Assembly: GCA_902806405.1 (NCBI GenBank)
Contig: CADCWL010000247.1
Span: 71-64,070, forward strand
DNA: 64,000 nucleotides
Direction of reading: 5' to 3'
Source: an uncultured Thermomicrobiales bacterium
GTDB taxonomy: Bacteria > Chloroflexota > Chloroflexia > Thermomicrobiales > UBA6265
Each line of letters starts with the position of its first letter. Position 1 is the stretch's first letter. This document shows positions 41,622 through 54,244 of the stretch, one piece after another. A model generated the notes under the pieces. It did not search any database. It had not been told where the DNA came from and saw only the letters and a list, made by a program, of their open reading frames with translations. The translations under genes were made by a program, and so were the position numbers.

Positions 41622-41811
41622 GCGGACGACTCATACCGCCTCCTCATGTTGAAACCACGTCGGCGACAGCAGTTTTTGGTGATCGAAGCATCGACCGCTG
41701 CATCGGCCGATGTTTCCCTGGGGAGCGTAAGAGGAAAATCGAGATGGCCCTCACGAAAGTCCGACGTCGTACGGGCGACGGGTGAGCGCCGCGGGGTTGG
41801 CGGCGCCAGGG

Positions 41812-41844
41812 GCTGAACCCCCGGAGCCACTCCGGGGGTTCAGC
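41812..41844. repeat. Perfect 15-bp inverted repeat, REP/IS200-IS605-end-like
   Basis: GCTGAACCCCCGGAG-cca-CTCCGGGGGTTCAGC, overlapping CCAGGGGCTGAACCCCCGG. Confidence 0.7.
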
Positions 41845-42319
41845 TCGGTTGACAACCACCTGCGATTATCGGGATTTCGGATGAAGCTCCGAAGCGGAAC
41901 GAGGAGTCGCCCGTCTAAAGAGAGTGGTGACCACCGACGCAAACGACGTTGCCTTGGATCTCCTTGGTCTTCGGCGCGAGACGAGCATTGCCGGCATCAC
42001 CCTTCGCCCGCGGCTTGCCGGTTCCTTCGCTCTTGCGACATTGGTCCACCACGACGGTGGAACCGAACCATGGTTGCACGAGCCCTATCTCGTGGAACGG
42101 GTCGATCTATCCGTCCAGAACATGGCACCTACGGCACTCCAGCAAGAGGCGATGTGGACGTCCCTCCCTGATTCGCCCGTCGGCGCCGCCGTCGACGACC
42201 TCGTCACCGGTAACGACCCCCTCAAGCATGGCGCCAACGATGGCGTCGCGCTCACGCGGCCTCGTCCCTTACTCGACCCGTTGACCGATAACGAGGCCTA
42301 TTGTCTTCCCACTCGTCGG

Positions 42320-42538
42320 TTATCCGGATCGGTAGATCGCCGGTCGGTAGATTCCTTCGGGGATAGGCTCCCCGACTTTTTTGGCCACCTCGAGCCAACC
42401 GGTTATCGCTATTTAGATCTCTCGAGTCCCCTCCTCCGGGGTCTCGCCGCGCGCCCACCGACCAGGAAGGTCCGGGATCTCGGCGACGCAGCGCCCATCG
42501 GCTTCGGCAAGAAGCGAGCTGATGTAGAAGTCCCGCAT
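42320..42538 (-). pseudogene. HicB-family antitoxin pseudogene with an internal stop
   Basis: MRDFYISSLLAEADGRCVAEIPDLPGRWARGETPEEGTREI*IAITGWLEVAKKVGEPIPEGIYRPAIYRSG; in-frame TAA at 42413-42415; PDLPG, GETPEE and GEPIP are HicB hallmarks. Confidence 0.8.
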
Positions 42539-42802
42539 CGCTCGACCCTCTTTACGAAGCCCGTATCGCTCGCCAGGACAAATAAACAACCGAACCTAGC
42601 CATCGTCAGCACTCCCGTCCCTGGTCGGGTGCGCCTTGACCATTTTTGATTTCCGCTCCGCGAGAATACCCCGTGACTGCCGATGACGCGGAGGAGTCGC
42701 AAGCCGAACGCTTCCACCAGCAGCAGAGCGAAGCCCGACCAGATTGGCCAGCGCCTTTCAGGAGAAGCCCCCGCTGCTCCGCCATCTCCCGCACCCGACC
42801 TT

Positions 42803-45088
<2,286 letters not shown>

Positions 45089-45184
45089 GGAGATCCTGTC
45101 TGCGACGGAGACCGCCGCGGCTGGGGAGTCGCTCGTGGCTCGGATGCGGGGATGGAGGTGCGGGGGTGACCTTCCTTAAGAGCA

Positions 45185-45213
45185 ACCATAACGACGGCTC
45201 CGACGGGTGTCAA
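45185..45213 (-). promoter_or_regulatory. Sigma-70 promoter of topA
   Basis: Minus strand TTGACA-17-TATGGT. Confidence 0.65.
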
Positions 45214-45572
45214 GCAGTGGCAGGCGTCGAAGGCACCTAGCCCCCCGGCCCGTCCCTATCACCAGGAAGGGGCAGTCACAGGGTGGACGGTGTCGGGTGG
45301 ACTTCTCCACCCCGGCAGGACGACCGTCGTCGCTCCTGGTCGTGGATCCGGAAAGGGTAGCGTTACCCTACGTCCCGCATCCGGAACGGGGCTGTTTAGA
45401 CCGCCCTCAATGTGAAGCTCCCGGCCCCTGGACCAAGACCCGCGAGGGGGGCCGCATACGGTCGGCCCCGAGACTAGGAAGGAATTTGCCCGGCTTGCGG
45501 TGGGGCATGGACGGGCTGGTGGCACGGAGCGGTGCTCGAGGGGGAACGATCCGGACCACCACGCGTCCCCGA

Positions 45573-45604
45573 CGATCGACGTTTCAACCGATCGACGTTT
45601 CAAC
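45573..45604. repeat. Exact 16-bp tandem duplication spanning the dprA stop codon
   Basis: CGATCGACGTTTCAAC twice (45573-45588, 45589-45604). Confidence 0.85.
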
Positions 45605-46691
45605 TTCGCGTGTAGTGCTGGGCCCCTGCATCCCGCACCAGGCCCTTCAGCTCCATCGTCAGTAGCAAACCCCCGATCTCGTGGATCGGCCGGTCCGCCG
45701 CCGCCGCCAACTCGTCGATGTGCTGCGGTTCGGCGCCGAGCAGCGCCATCAAGCGCCGTTCGTCCTCGTCCAACGGCAGCGCCTGCTGGACGGCGGCCGG
45801 CTCCTTGCCGCCGAGCAGGGCGAGCTCCTGCAGCACGTCGTCGGCCCCGGTGACGACGCGGGCGCCCTCTCGCAGCAACTTGTGGCAGCCGGCGCTAGCC
45901 GGGGAGAGAACTGAGCCGGGGACGGCGAAGACATCCCGCCCCTGGTCGGCGGCGAAATCGACCGTTATCAAGGCGCCGGAGCGGAGGGGCGCCTCGACGA
46001 CAACGACCCCGCGGGAGAGGCCGGAGATAAGCCGGTTCCGAGCCGGGAAGTTCGGCGCGTCCGGCTTGCGCCCCGGTGGGTAGTCGGCGAGGACGGCGCC
46101 TTGCCCGGCGACGCGGCCGGCGAGGTCGGCGTGCTCCGGCGGGTAGACCACGTCCGGCCCCGAGCCGAGGACCGCGATCGTGCGTCCGCCCGCGGCCAAC
46201 GCCGCGCGGTGGGCGACGGCGTCGATGCCGCGCGCCAGGCCGGAGACGATCGTGACACCGGCCGCCGCCAGGTCACCGGCCAGCCGTTGCGTAACATCCC
46301 GCCCGTAAGGGGTGAGGCTTCGCGTGCCGACGATGGCGACGGCGACGTCGTCCTGCGGCAGCAGCCCTCCCCGCAGATAGAGGACGGGCGGCGGCACCGG
46401 GATCTCGGCCAGGCGCCAGGGGTAGGTTGGGTCGGCGAGGGTGAGGACCGAGATGCCGGCTCGTGCGATCCGCGCCATCTCGGCGTCGAGCGAGAGTTCG
46501 CTGCGGGTCCTGACGAGGCTGGCGACGGCGCGCTCGTCGAGCACCCGCCGCAGCTCGTGGGGCGGGGCAGTCCACGCCTGGTCGAGGCCGCCGAAGTGGC
46601 GCATCAGCCGGTCGATCCGGGCGGGGCCGACGAAGGGGACGCGGCCGAACCCGACCCAGTACTTGGCGCTCTCCTGAACGGCACCGGGCAC
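45600..46691 (-). CDS. dprA: DNA-processing protein DprA
   Basis: AIVGTR, SGLARGID, FPARNRLISGLS, SGALIT, C-terminal wHTH; start approximate (GTG 46691). Confidence 0.95.
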   Translation of the reverse strand: MPGAVQESAKYWVGFGRVPFVGPARIDRLMRHFGGLDQAWTAPPHELRRVLDERAVASLVRTRSELSLDAEMARIARAGISVLTLADPTYPWRLAEIPVPPPVLYLRGGLLPQDDVAVAIVGTRSLTPYGRDVTQRLAGDLAAAGVTIVSGLARGIDAVAHRAALAAGGRTIAVLGSGPDVVYPPEHADLAGRVAGQGAVLADYPPGRKPDAPNFPARNRLISGLSRGVVVVEAPLRSGALITVDFAADQGRDVFAVPGSVLSPASAGCHKLLREGARVVTGADDVLQELALLGGKEPAAVQQALPLDEDERRLMALLGAEPQHIDELAAAADRPIHEIGGLLLTMELKGLVRDAGAQHYTRS

Positions 46692-47047
46692 GCGGCGTTC
46701 CTCGTCGTTGTCGTCCACAGCCGGGGCGGAAGGCGTCGGGGAAGGAGAGCAGGGTGCGCTGGTGGCGACGGCCTCGATCGTTCCGGGGAATCGGTCGAGC
46801 GGCGATCGGTGGCGACGCAGCCGCTCAGCAAGAAACGGTCTTGGTGATCCCGTACCCTGCACCAATCGAGGTTGGCCCGGCCGCATCATAGCAGCAGGCC
46901 GCGCCGACCCCGGCCCGGCGGATCGATTAACTGCCTCCGGGACGACGATACGCACCACGTCCGGGCCGTGCCTGGGGGCGACTGGCGTCGGGTCGTCGTA
47001 GACTTTCACCTTCGGCCGAGCAGCACGCCCCGAGAGAGAGCCAGGCG

Positions 47048-47608
47048 ATGACGACAGCAGCGCCGGTGCCGGATTTGGTGACGACGACGTACCTGCACAT
47101 CGTGGGACGGCAGGGTTTTCGGCCCGCGTTCGTTGCCGATCCCGACCTTGCGGTGCTGCACTCCCGGTTGCCCTCCGTCCCCTTCTATCGCTTCCTGTAT
47201 GCCGCCGTCGGCGGCGGATACCGGTGGGTCGACCGGCTCGCCTGGTCGGACGCGGATCTGGAGGCGTACCTGGCGCGGCCCGCGGTGACGCTGCTCGTGC
47301 TCTACCTGGAGGGAACTCCGGTTGGATACGTCGAGCTTGATCGGGGACCGCACGAAGCCGAAGCGGGAACCCAAATCGCCTACTTCGGTCTCGTCCCGGC
47401 CGTACATGGACGCGGTCTCGGCAAGCACCTCCTCTCGGTCGGGGTGAACAGGGCGTTCGGCGAGGGGGCCGAGCGGGTCTGGGTCCACACCTGTACGGAG
47501 GACGGACCCTACGCGCTGGCGAACTATCGGGGGCGTGGATTTGTGCCGTACAGGACGGTGGTCGACGAGGGACCGCCCACCGGCGACTCCAACCCATACC
47601 GGGCGTGA
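47048..47608 (+). CDS. GNAT family N-acetyltransferase
   Basis: YFGLVPAVHGRGLGKHLL acetyl-CoA motif, WVHTCTED, ANYRGRGF. Confidence 0.92.
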   Translation: MTTAAPVPDLVTTTYLHIVGRQGFRPAFVADPDLAVLHSRLPSVPFYRFLYAAVGGGYRWVDRLAWSDADLEAYLARPAVTLLVLYLEGTPVGYVELDRGPHEAEAGTQIAYFGLVPAVHGRGLGKHLLSVGVNRAFGEGAERVWVHTCTEDGPYALANYRGRGFVPYRTVVDEGPPTGDSNPYRA

Positions 47609-48652
47609 CGGCGGGCGCTGGCGTCCGGGCGAAGCCGCCGGGACGTCAACCCCAGCCAGGACCGGCCCGGGCCTAAACGGGCATCCTCGCCATCCATCCG
47701 CGCGTCGGCCACCCGCAGTTCTCGCCCGCGAAGGCGAGGATTGCATGCGGGGAGCACGTCGGCCGCACGGCCGAGGGCCTTCCCGCTCCCACCAACCCCG
47801 GCGAATGTCGCCGGCCTCTCAAAGATCAGCCAGCTGATCGTCGGCGCATTCGCGAAGCAAGGCCCCTTCGCCACCACCGAAAGAGCCTCGGAGGTGGTAA
47901 TCGACCTCGCACCGCGGCAGCGGCTTCCCATTGTCCATCGCTTCTCCGTCTAACCCGGCGCCAAAGCGAGCGGGAGAGCACCTCACACGGCACTCCGCCC
48001 GGCTGGCGCCATCCGGTCCGCCCGAACGACTCCCACCCACACAGAGTTATGCCAGGTGGATCAACCGGCGGGGCGCGAGACGGCGGACGAACCGCGACAC
48101 CTCGCCCCATCGTACAAAGGGGGTGGGAGCCGGACGGTCTGCTGCCGCACCGCAACCGGTCCCGCGCCGGAGGCGCCGGCGGCGGCTTGGCCCCGGTCGT
48201 CATCGTTGTCCAACGCCGATGCAGCAGAGCTAGCGGCCTACCTGCCGAAGCGGGCGACGAGGCATGCTCCCGACATCCCCTCGTCAGCGAGCGGCGGGCG
48301 ATAGACCGGGTCGGTGGTGTCCACTCGAGGACGTCGCGGCGCTAACGTTCGACATCCGGCCTCTACCCACTGCTGCCTACTGAGCGACCTCGGCACCGCT
48401 CGTCGGTTCGATGCGGCCGATCAAACGGGCTTCGACCAGGAGGTCGATCGGGAAGTCGGTCATCGGTCAGAAACTCGCCGCGGGCACCACGGATTCCGGA
48501 TCGCTGCAGGTCGTAACCGGCGGCGCCCGTGGATCAGTCACACCAGCGGAATGGGAGGGCCGGAGACCGCCGACGCGGCATCCCGCGGTCCTGCAGCGAC
48601 GTACCTCCGCGCGACCGGGCCTCAACGCCGCTCAAGAACCGGGATGGTGTGC

Positions 48653-48692
48653 AAAAAGCGGCGGCAGACGGGCCTACCCGTCCGCCGCCGCT
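48653..48692 (-). terminator. Rho-independent terminator of the GlsB/YeaQ gene
   Basis: Minus strand AGCGGCGGCGGACGGG-tagg-CCCGTCTGCCGCCGC followed by TTTTT. Confidence 0.8.
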
Positions 48693-48722
48693 ATTCCGAT
48701 TCGATTGGCACGCAGCCGGTTG

Positions 48723-48983
48723 CTAGATGCGGGAGCCGGTTCCCGTCTTCCGCAGCGCAAAGAGAACGCCTACCGAGCCGATGATGGCGACGATCAGCGA
48801 ACCAATGAAGTTGTTCGCGCCGGATCCGAAGATGACCCGCATCAGAAAACCGCCCAAGATGCCGCCGAGGATGCCGACGATGACGGCGCCGACGGCGCCG
48901 CCCGGCGTCCGACCCGGCACGATCAGGCTGGCCACGCCACCGGCGATGGCACCGACGATCAGCCAACCGATAATGGTGCCCAT
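48723..48983 (-). CDS. GlsB/YeaQ/YmgE family stress-response membrane protein
   Basis: MGTIIGWLIVGAIAGGVASLIVPG...IVGILGGILGG...AIIGSVGVL; GGGAGA RBS. Confidence 0.92.
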   Translation of the reverse strand: MGTIIGWLIVGAIAGGVASLIVPGRTPGGAVGAVIVGILGGILGGFLMRVIFGSGANNFIGSLIVAIIGSVGVLFALRKTGTGSRI

Positions 48984-49082
48984 GCTGTTCTCCCGGCGCG
49001 TCTCGCGCCCGTCTCGTCGCGTCTCGCCCCCGAGACACCGTCGGCGCGCGAGGACGTCGCGTAGCGCCGGCTGCACCGCAGA

Positions 49083-49098
49083 AGCAACCGCCGTGCCA
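49083..49098 (-). promoter_or_regulatory. Sigma-54 -24/-12 promoter (perfect consensus)
   Basis: Minus strand TGGCACGGCGGTTGCT; 100 nt before ATG 48983. Confidence 0.8.
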
Positions 49099-49215
49099 CG
49101 CGCTGTGCCGCCCGCCACTCGATCTCCTCGGCCCGCCGAACCCAGACCGAAACAACGATCGCGCCGATTTGGGCACCACGCCCAAGGTATCCCCGTTGCG
49201 TGCCCAGCGAACCTG

Positions 49216-49244
49216 TTGAGGCATAGTAGTCGTTGTGGTATGCT
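49216..49244 (+). promoter_or_regulatory. Sigma-70 promoter for oppDF-like genes
   Basis: TTGAGG-17-TATGCT with extended TG. Confidence 0.6.
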
Positions 49245-49499
49245 CCGCGAACAGCGGACAGACAAAAGCGATATCGGTACGGAAACGAGGCGTTGGAAGG
49301 GTCGGCCATACCGGTCACCGTTCCGCCGGTTTTCCGGTTACGATGCGAGTGATGCGCTCACCATTCGCACCGTCGATGCGGGTGTACCGGTTGGCACATC
49401 GCGCTACCGCGGTTCGGTGTCGAGCCGCCGCCGGAGACCGAGGCGCCAGCGTAGCCAAGCGCAGCCGGTCGAAGCCACGCGAAGCCAAGAGGAGCGAGG

Positions 49500-50708
49500 A
49501 TGGCCGTTCAGCCTCGGGAGCAGCTTCGGGAGCGGCAGGCGAGCCGCGCCGACCACGTCGCCGGTGACGGCAGCGCCTTGCTTGAGGTGAAGGGGCTCAA
49601 GACCCAGTTCTTCACCCAGGACGGCGTGGTTAAGGCGGTCGACGATGTCTCCTTCTACGTGATGCCGGGCGAGACCCTCGGGGTCGTCGGCGAGTCCGGC
49701 TCTGGCAAGAGCATGACCGGGCTCTCGATCATGCGTCTGATCCCGAACCCGCCGGGCAAGATCGTTGCCGGCGAGGTCATGTTCAACGGCAAAGACGTCC
49801 TGCTGATGTCGGACGATCAGGTCCGCTCGATCCGCGGCAACGACATCGCGATGATCTTCCAGGACCCGATGACCTCGCTCAACCCGGTCCTGACGATCAA
49901 CCGCCAGATCGGCGAAGCGCTCGAACTCCATATGGGGATGAACAGGAAGCAGGCGCGCGCCCGGACCATCGAGCTGCTTCAGATGGTCGGCATCCCCAAT
50001 GCCGACGAGCGGGTCGACCAGTACCCGCACCAGTTCTCCGGCGGCATGCGTCAGCGCGTGATGATCGCGATGGCCCTCTCCTGCAACCCGAAGCTGCTCA
50101 TCGCGGACGAGCCGACGACGGCGCTCGACGTCACAATCCAGGCCCAGATCCTGGACCTCATGCGGGTTCTTCAGGTGGAGCGGGACACCGGCGTGATCCT
50201 CGTCACCCACTCGATGGGTGTCGTCGCCGGGATGGCCGACCGGATCCAGGTCATGTATGCCGGGCACATCGTGGAGACCGCCTCGACGGAGGAGATCTTC
50301 GCCAACCCCCGGCACCCCTACACGGTCGGCCTGATGAAATCGATCCCGCGGCTCGACGCGGCCCGTAAGGAAAAGCTCGAGCCGATCCGAGGCCTCCCGC
50401 CCGATCTCATCGACCTGCCGGACATGTGCCCGTTCGTGCCCCGCTGCAACTATGCGCGGGAGAAGTGCGAGCAGAAGCTCCCGCCGCTGCTCAAAGTCGC
50501 CGAGGGGCACTATTCGGCCTGCTGGTTCTGGGAAGAGGTCAACATCAACGACGATCGAGACGCCGTCGCCGCCGCGCTCGGCAACCCGCTGGCGTCCGGC
50601 ACCCAGGACCTCGACTCGGCGGCCGTCCTCCCCGGCGCGGGCGTCGCCGACCCCGGCGCGCCCGGCAGCCCGAGCGCCGCGCCCGACCCGAGCACGAGAA
50701 CGATCTAG
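49500..50708 (+). CDS. Peptide ABC transporter ATP-binding protein (OppD/DppD-like)
   Basis: [36 protein letters not shown]-terminal Cys domain. Confidence 0.95.
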   Translation: MAVQPREQLRERQASRADHVAGDGSALLEVKGLKTQFFTQDGVVKAVDDVSFYVMPGETLGVVGESGSGKSMTGLSIMRLIPNPPGKIVAGEVMFNGKDVLLMSDDQVRSIRGNDIAMIFQDPMTSLNPVLTINRQIGEALELHMGMNRKQARARTIELLQMVGIPNADERVDQYPHQFSGGMRQRVMIAMALSCNPKLLIADEPTTALDVTIQAQILDLMRVLQVERDTGVILVTHSMGVVAGMADRIQVMYAGHIVETASTEEIFANPRHPYTVGLMKSIPRLDAARKEKLEPIRGLPPDLIDLPDMCPFVPRCNYAREKCEQKLPPLLKVAEGHYSACWFWEEVNINDDRDAVAAALGNPLASGTQDLDSAAVLPGAGVADPGAPGSPSAAPDPSTRTI

Positions 50709-50768
50709 AGAGACGCACGCCAGCCGCAAGCGGTGAACGGCGGCCCGGAAAACCAGGAGACAGGTGCG

Positions 50769-51902
50769 ATGCAGCAGTCCCCCGCTTCGGCGCCGAGCGC
50801 GCCGACCACCGCCAGCACCGTGACCGACCGCCGGGTCCAGCCGATGCCGGCGCCCAACGGGTCGGGCAACGGCCATGCCGAGTCGCTCCTCTCCGTCAAC
50901 AACCTGGTGATGCACTTCCCGCTGACGCGGGGGATCATCTTCCAGCGCAAGGTCGGCGCGGTCCAGGCGGTCGACGGCGTCTCCTTCAACGTGAAGCGGG
51001 GCGAGACGCTCGGCCTCGTCGGCGAGTCGGGCTGCGGCAAGTCGACGACCGGCCGCGCGATCCTCCAGCTCTATAAGCCGACCGGAGGTGAGGTTGTCTT
51101 TCAAGGGAAGGACCTGACCAAGCTCGACGGCGGCAGCATGCGCCGAATGCGGCGCCACCTCCAGATGATCTTCCAGGACCCCTACGCCTCGCTCAACCCG
51201 CGGATGACGGTCGGCAACATCGTCTCGGAGCCGATGCAGATCCACAAGCTCGTGCCGAAGGGGGAGCGGACGCGGCGGGTCCAGGAGCTGTTGGAGACGG
51301 TCGGGCTCAACCCCTACTTCGCCAACCGGTATCCCCACGAGTTCTCGGGTGGCCAGCGGCAGCGGATCGGGATCGCCCGCGCCCTGGCGGCCAACCCCGA
51401 TTTCATCGTGGCCGACGAGCCGGTCTCCGCGCTCGACGTCTCGATCCAGGCCCAGATCGTCAACCTGCTGGAGGACCTTCAGGAGAAGTTCGGACTCACC
51501 TACCTCTTCATCGCCCACGACCTCTCGGTCGTCAAGCACATCTCCGACCGGGTCGCCGTGATGTACCTCGGCAAGATCGTCGAGATGGCGGACCGCAACG
51601 AGCTCTACGCCGACCCGCTCCACCCCTACACGAAGGCGCTCCTCTCAGCGGTGCCGATCCCCGACCCCGTCATCGAGAAGCGACGAGAGCGGATCATCCT
51701 CTCCGGCGACGTGCCGAGCCCGATCAACCCGCCCTCCGGCTGCCACTTCCATACCCGTTGTCCCTACGCGATGGAGGTCTGCCGCCAGGTCGACCCAATT
51801 TTTGCCGACCAGGGCAACGGCCACCACGTCGCCTGCCACCTCTACCCTGGCTCCGGCGCGGAGCAGGCGACCGGCGGCGCGGCAGCGTTCCGGGCGATCT
51901 AG
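50769..51902 (+). CDS. Peptide ABC transporter ATP-binding protein (OppF/DppF-like)
   Basis: [44 protein letters not shown]. Confidence 0.95.
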   Translation: MQQSPASAPSAPTTASTVTDRRVQPMPAPNGSGNGHAESLLSVNNLVMHFPLTRGIIFQRKVGAVQAVDGVSFNVKRGETLGLVGESGCGKSTTGRAILQLYKPTGGEVVFQGKDLTKLDGGSMRRMRRHLQMIFQDPYASLNPRMTVGNIVSEPMQIHKLVPKGERTRRVQELLETVGLNPYFANRYPHEFSGGQRQRIGIARALAANPDFIVADEPVSALDVSIQAQIVNLLEDLQEKFGLTYLFIAHDLSVVKHISDRVAVMYLGKIVEMADRNELYADPLHPYTKALLSAVPIPDPVIEKRRERIILSGDVPSPINPPSGCHFHTRCPYAMEVCRQVDPIFADQGNGHHVACHLYPGSGAEQATGGAAAFRAI

Positions 51903-51944
51903 GGAGACGGAGAGACAGCGCGAGAGAGCGGGTCATTCAGCGCC

Positions 51945-52616
51945 ATGTTCGGTTTTGGTCTCCGAGAGCCGGAGCAAATCCTCTACATCCTCGTCTCATT
52001 TGTCGTGGCGACCACGATCCACGAGTTCATGCACGCCTGGTCCGCCTGGTATCTGGGCGACGACACGGCACAGCGCCTCGGTCGCATCACGCTCAACCCG
52101 GCGATGCACTTCGACCCGTTCGGCTTCTTCGGCATGGTCTTGATCGCGATGGGGATCCCGGCGATCGGCTGGGGCAAGCCGGTTCCGGTCAACCCGAACC
52201 GCCTGCGTGGCCAGCTCCGCGGACGGCGACTGGGGATGGCAATGGTCGCCTTCGCCGGGCCGCTCTCGAACGTAGTTCAAGCCGCGGCCGTCGCGCTCCC
52301 GTTTTGGCTTGCCGGCGGCTCGCTCGCTAACCCACAGCTCCAGGAGTTCCTCGGAACATTCATTTACGTCAATCTGCTCCTTGCCGCGTTCAACATGATC
52401 CCGGTACCGCCGCTCGACGGCAGCCGCATCCTCTTCGGCTTCCTCCCCAACTTCTGGCAGCCGTTCCTCCTGCCGCTGGAGCGGTACGGGATCGGCGTCC
52501 TCTTCGTGCTCGCGATTTTCGGCCGCCAGTTCGGCGGCGGATCGATCCTCTCCGCCATGTATGCGCCGGTCTTCGACCTGCTCGCGCGGGTGCTGACGAA
52601 CAACTTCGCGTTCTGA
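51945..52616 (+). CDS. Site-2 protease family (M50) metalloprotease
   Basis: HEFMH, AGPLSN, FNMIPVPPLDG. Confidence 0.93.
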   Translation: MFGFGLREPEQILYILVSFVVATTIHEFMHAWSAWYLGDDTAQRLGRITLNPAMHFDPFGFFGMVLIAMGIPAIGWGKPVPVNPNRLRGQLRGRRLGMAMVAFAGPLSNVVQAAAVALPFWLAGGSLANPQLQEFLGTFIYVNLLLAAFNMIPVPPLDGSRILFGFLPNFWQPFLLPLERYGIGVLFVLAIFGRQFGGGSILSAMYAPVFDLLARVLTNNFAF

Positions 52617-52621
52617 TTTGC

Positions 52622-53152
52622 GTGCCTGAGTTCGCCACGGGAGCCGTCGGGACCCGTATTCGCCAGGGCCTCGGCGCGCTTCGCCCCCGGTTGCCCGAGG
52701 ATCGGCAAGCGATCCTCGCCAAGTTCCTGTCGCCCGCCCAAGCGGCGGCGTTCAGGGCCCTCCCCGTCCACGATCAGGCCCACCTGTGCCGAGTGCACCG
52801 CTCCCTCCTTAGCGGCGGGGTAGTCGACCGTGACCTGCTGACGGCGGCGCTCCTCCACGATCTCGGCAAAGCGACCGCATCCGGCCGCGTCCGGCTCCCG
52901 GATCGGGTCGTCCGCGTCCTCCTCGCACGCCTGACCCCCGGCGTCCTGCGCCGACTCGCCCGCCTCCCCGCGCCTCCCTGGCGGCGCGGCATCGCCCTCG
53001 CAGTCCACCACCCCGCGGTCGGGGCTGCACGTGCCGCGGCGCTCGGCTGCTCCCCCCGCGCCTGTTGGCTGATCGCCCACCATGAGGACCCGTCGGCAAT
53101 GGACGATCCGGATCTGGCGCGCCTCGCCGCCGCCGACGCGGCTTGCCCGTAA
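52622..53152 (+). CDS. HD domain protein
   Basis: DQAH, AALLHDLGK, HPAVGA, IAHHE. Confidence 0.85.
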   Translation: MPEFATGAVGTRIRQGLGALRPRLPEDRQAILAKFLSPAQAAAFRALPVHDQAHLCRVHRSLLSGGVVDRDLLTAALLHDLGKATASGRVRLPDRVVRVLLARLTPGVLRRLARLPAPPWRRGIALAVHHPAVGAARAAALGCSPRACWLIAHHEDPSAMDDPDLARLAAADAACP

Positions 53153-53395
53153 CGACGCCGGCTCCGTCCTCGCGGTCGCCGCCTCCATTCTCGGCGTGGT
53201 CGCCTTCTTGGTCGCCGTCGAAGAGAAGACCGCTATGCCATGCCGGGGCCTTGCAGGGCCACGAGGTGCGGCGCACGGCCACGGATGGCCCTGCGATAGG
53301 CGTCTCGTTGCGCTCGCCGCGGGGTGGCACCGCACCCTCCGCCACGGCGGCGCCCACCTGCCCGTACCTCCCCGATGCCGTAGACTGTACGGACT

Positions 53396-54202
53396 GTGAG
53401 CGTGACCACGATCTCGGATCGAACCGCCCTCGGCGGCTACCAACTGCGCCTGCCTACCTTCGAGGGGCCGCTCGACGTGCTCATCCGGCTCATCGAGCGC
53501 GACCAACTCGCGGTCACCGACGTCTCGCTCGTCGCCGTCACCGACCAGTTCCTGGCGTACCTGGCGGGGATGGACAAGGCCGCCGGGGCAGGCGGGGCGG
53601 CGGCGGCCACAGTCGCCGAATTTGCGGCGGTCGGCAGCCGATTGGTCCTCCTCAAATCGCGCTCAATCCTACCGAGGCCGCCGCGCCCGGAGCCGGATGA
53701 GGAGCCGGAGGATTTGGTCCGTCAGCTCGTCGCCTACCGCACCATGCGGGAGGCGGCGAAACTCCTGGGGGAGCGGGACCGAATGTCGGTCGGAGCCTTC
53801 GCCCGCGGCAATAGCGTAGCCCTGCCGGATGCCCCGCCACTCCGCCTCGCGCCGGGTCGCCCGGTCGCGCTGGCGCGGGCCGTCCGCCGTCGGCTGACCG
53901 TCGTGCCGTCCCCCCGCTCGGTCGTCGCCGTGCGGCCCACCGTGACGCTGCGCGAGATGACCGAGCGCCTCCTCGTCGCCCTCAGCGGGCAGCGGGAGCT
54001 ACCCTTCGGACGCCTCCGGGCGGAATGCGACGATCGGCGGGAGGTGCTCGTCGCCTTCCTCGCCGTGCTCGTCCTGGTTCGCCGCCGGGTGGTGACGGCC
54101 GAACAGGCGGAGCTGTTCGGGGAGATCACGCTCCGCCGCGCGGCCCCCCCGGTCAGCCAGGCACCGGTCCCAACCCTCACACCGGATGGGATCGACGGAT
54201 GA
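53396..54202 (+). CDS. scpA: Segregation and condensation protein A
   Basis: FEGPLDVLIRLI, ITDQ-like VTDQF, KSRSILP, FLAVLVL, QAELFGEI. Confidence 0.92.
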   Translation: MSVTTISDRTALGGYQLRLPTFEGPLDVLIRLIERDQLAVTDVSLVAVTDQFLAYLAGMDKAAGAGGAAAATVAEFAAVGSRLVLLKSRSILPRPPRPEPDEEPEDLVRQLVAYRTMREAAKLLGERDRMSVGAFARGNSVALPDAPPLRLAPGRPVALARAVRRRLTVVPSPRSVVAVRPTVTLREMTERLLVALSGQRELPFGRLRAECDDRREVLVAFLAVLVLVRRRVVTAEQAELFGEITLRRAAPPVSQAPVPTLTPDGIDG

Positions 54203-54244
54203 CCACTCCGCGCGTCCTCGCGAACTGTGGGGAGCGGCGCCGCC

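Noticed and set aside
41924-42649. 241-aa ORF as an intact gene
   Set aside because: Its 3' half is the antisense of the HicB pseudogene; only a weak PIN-like resemblance in the 5' half, noted under findings.
45259-45603. 114-aa ORF between dprA and topA
   Set aside because: Its start arises within the tandem duplication; no motif; composition not protein-like.
48706-48724. TGGCACGCAGCCGGTTGCT as a sigma-54 promoter
   Set aside because: GG-to-GC spacing is 13 nt rather than 10, and it sits at the 3' end of a gene.
53082-53399. Hydrophobic stretch GSVLAVAASILGVVAFLVAV between the HD gene and scpA
   Set aside because: No independent start or RBS; at most a gene fragment.
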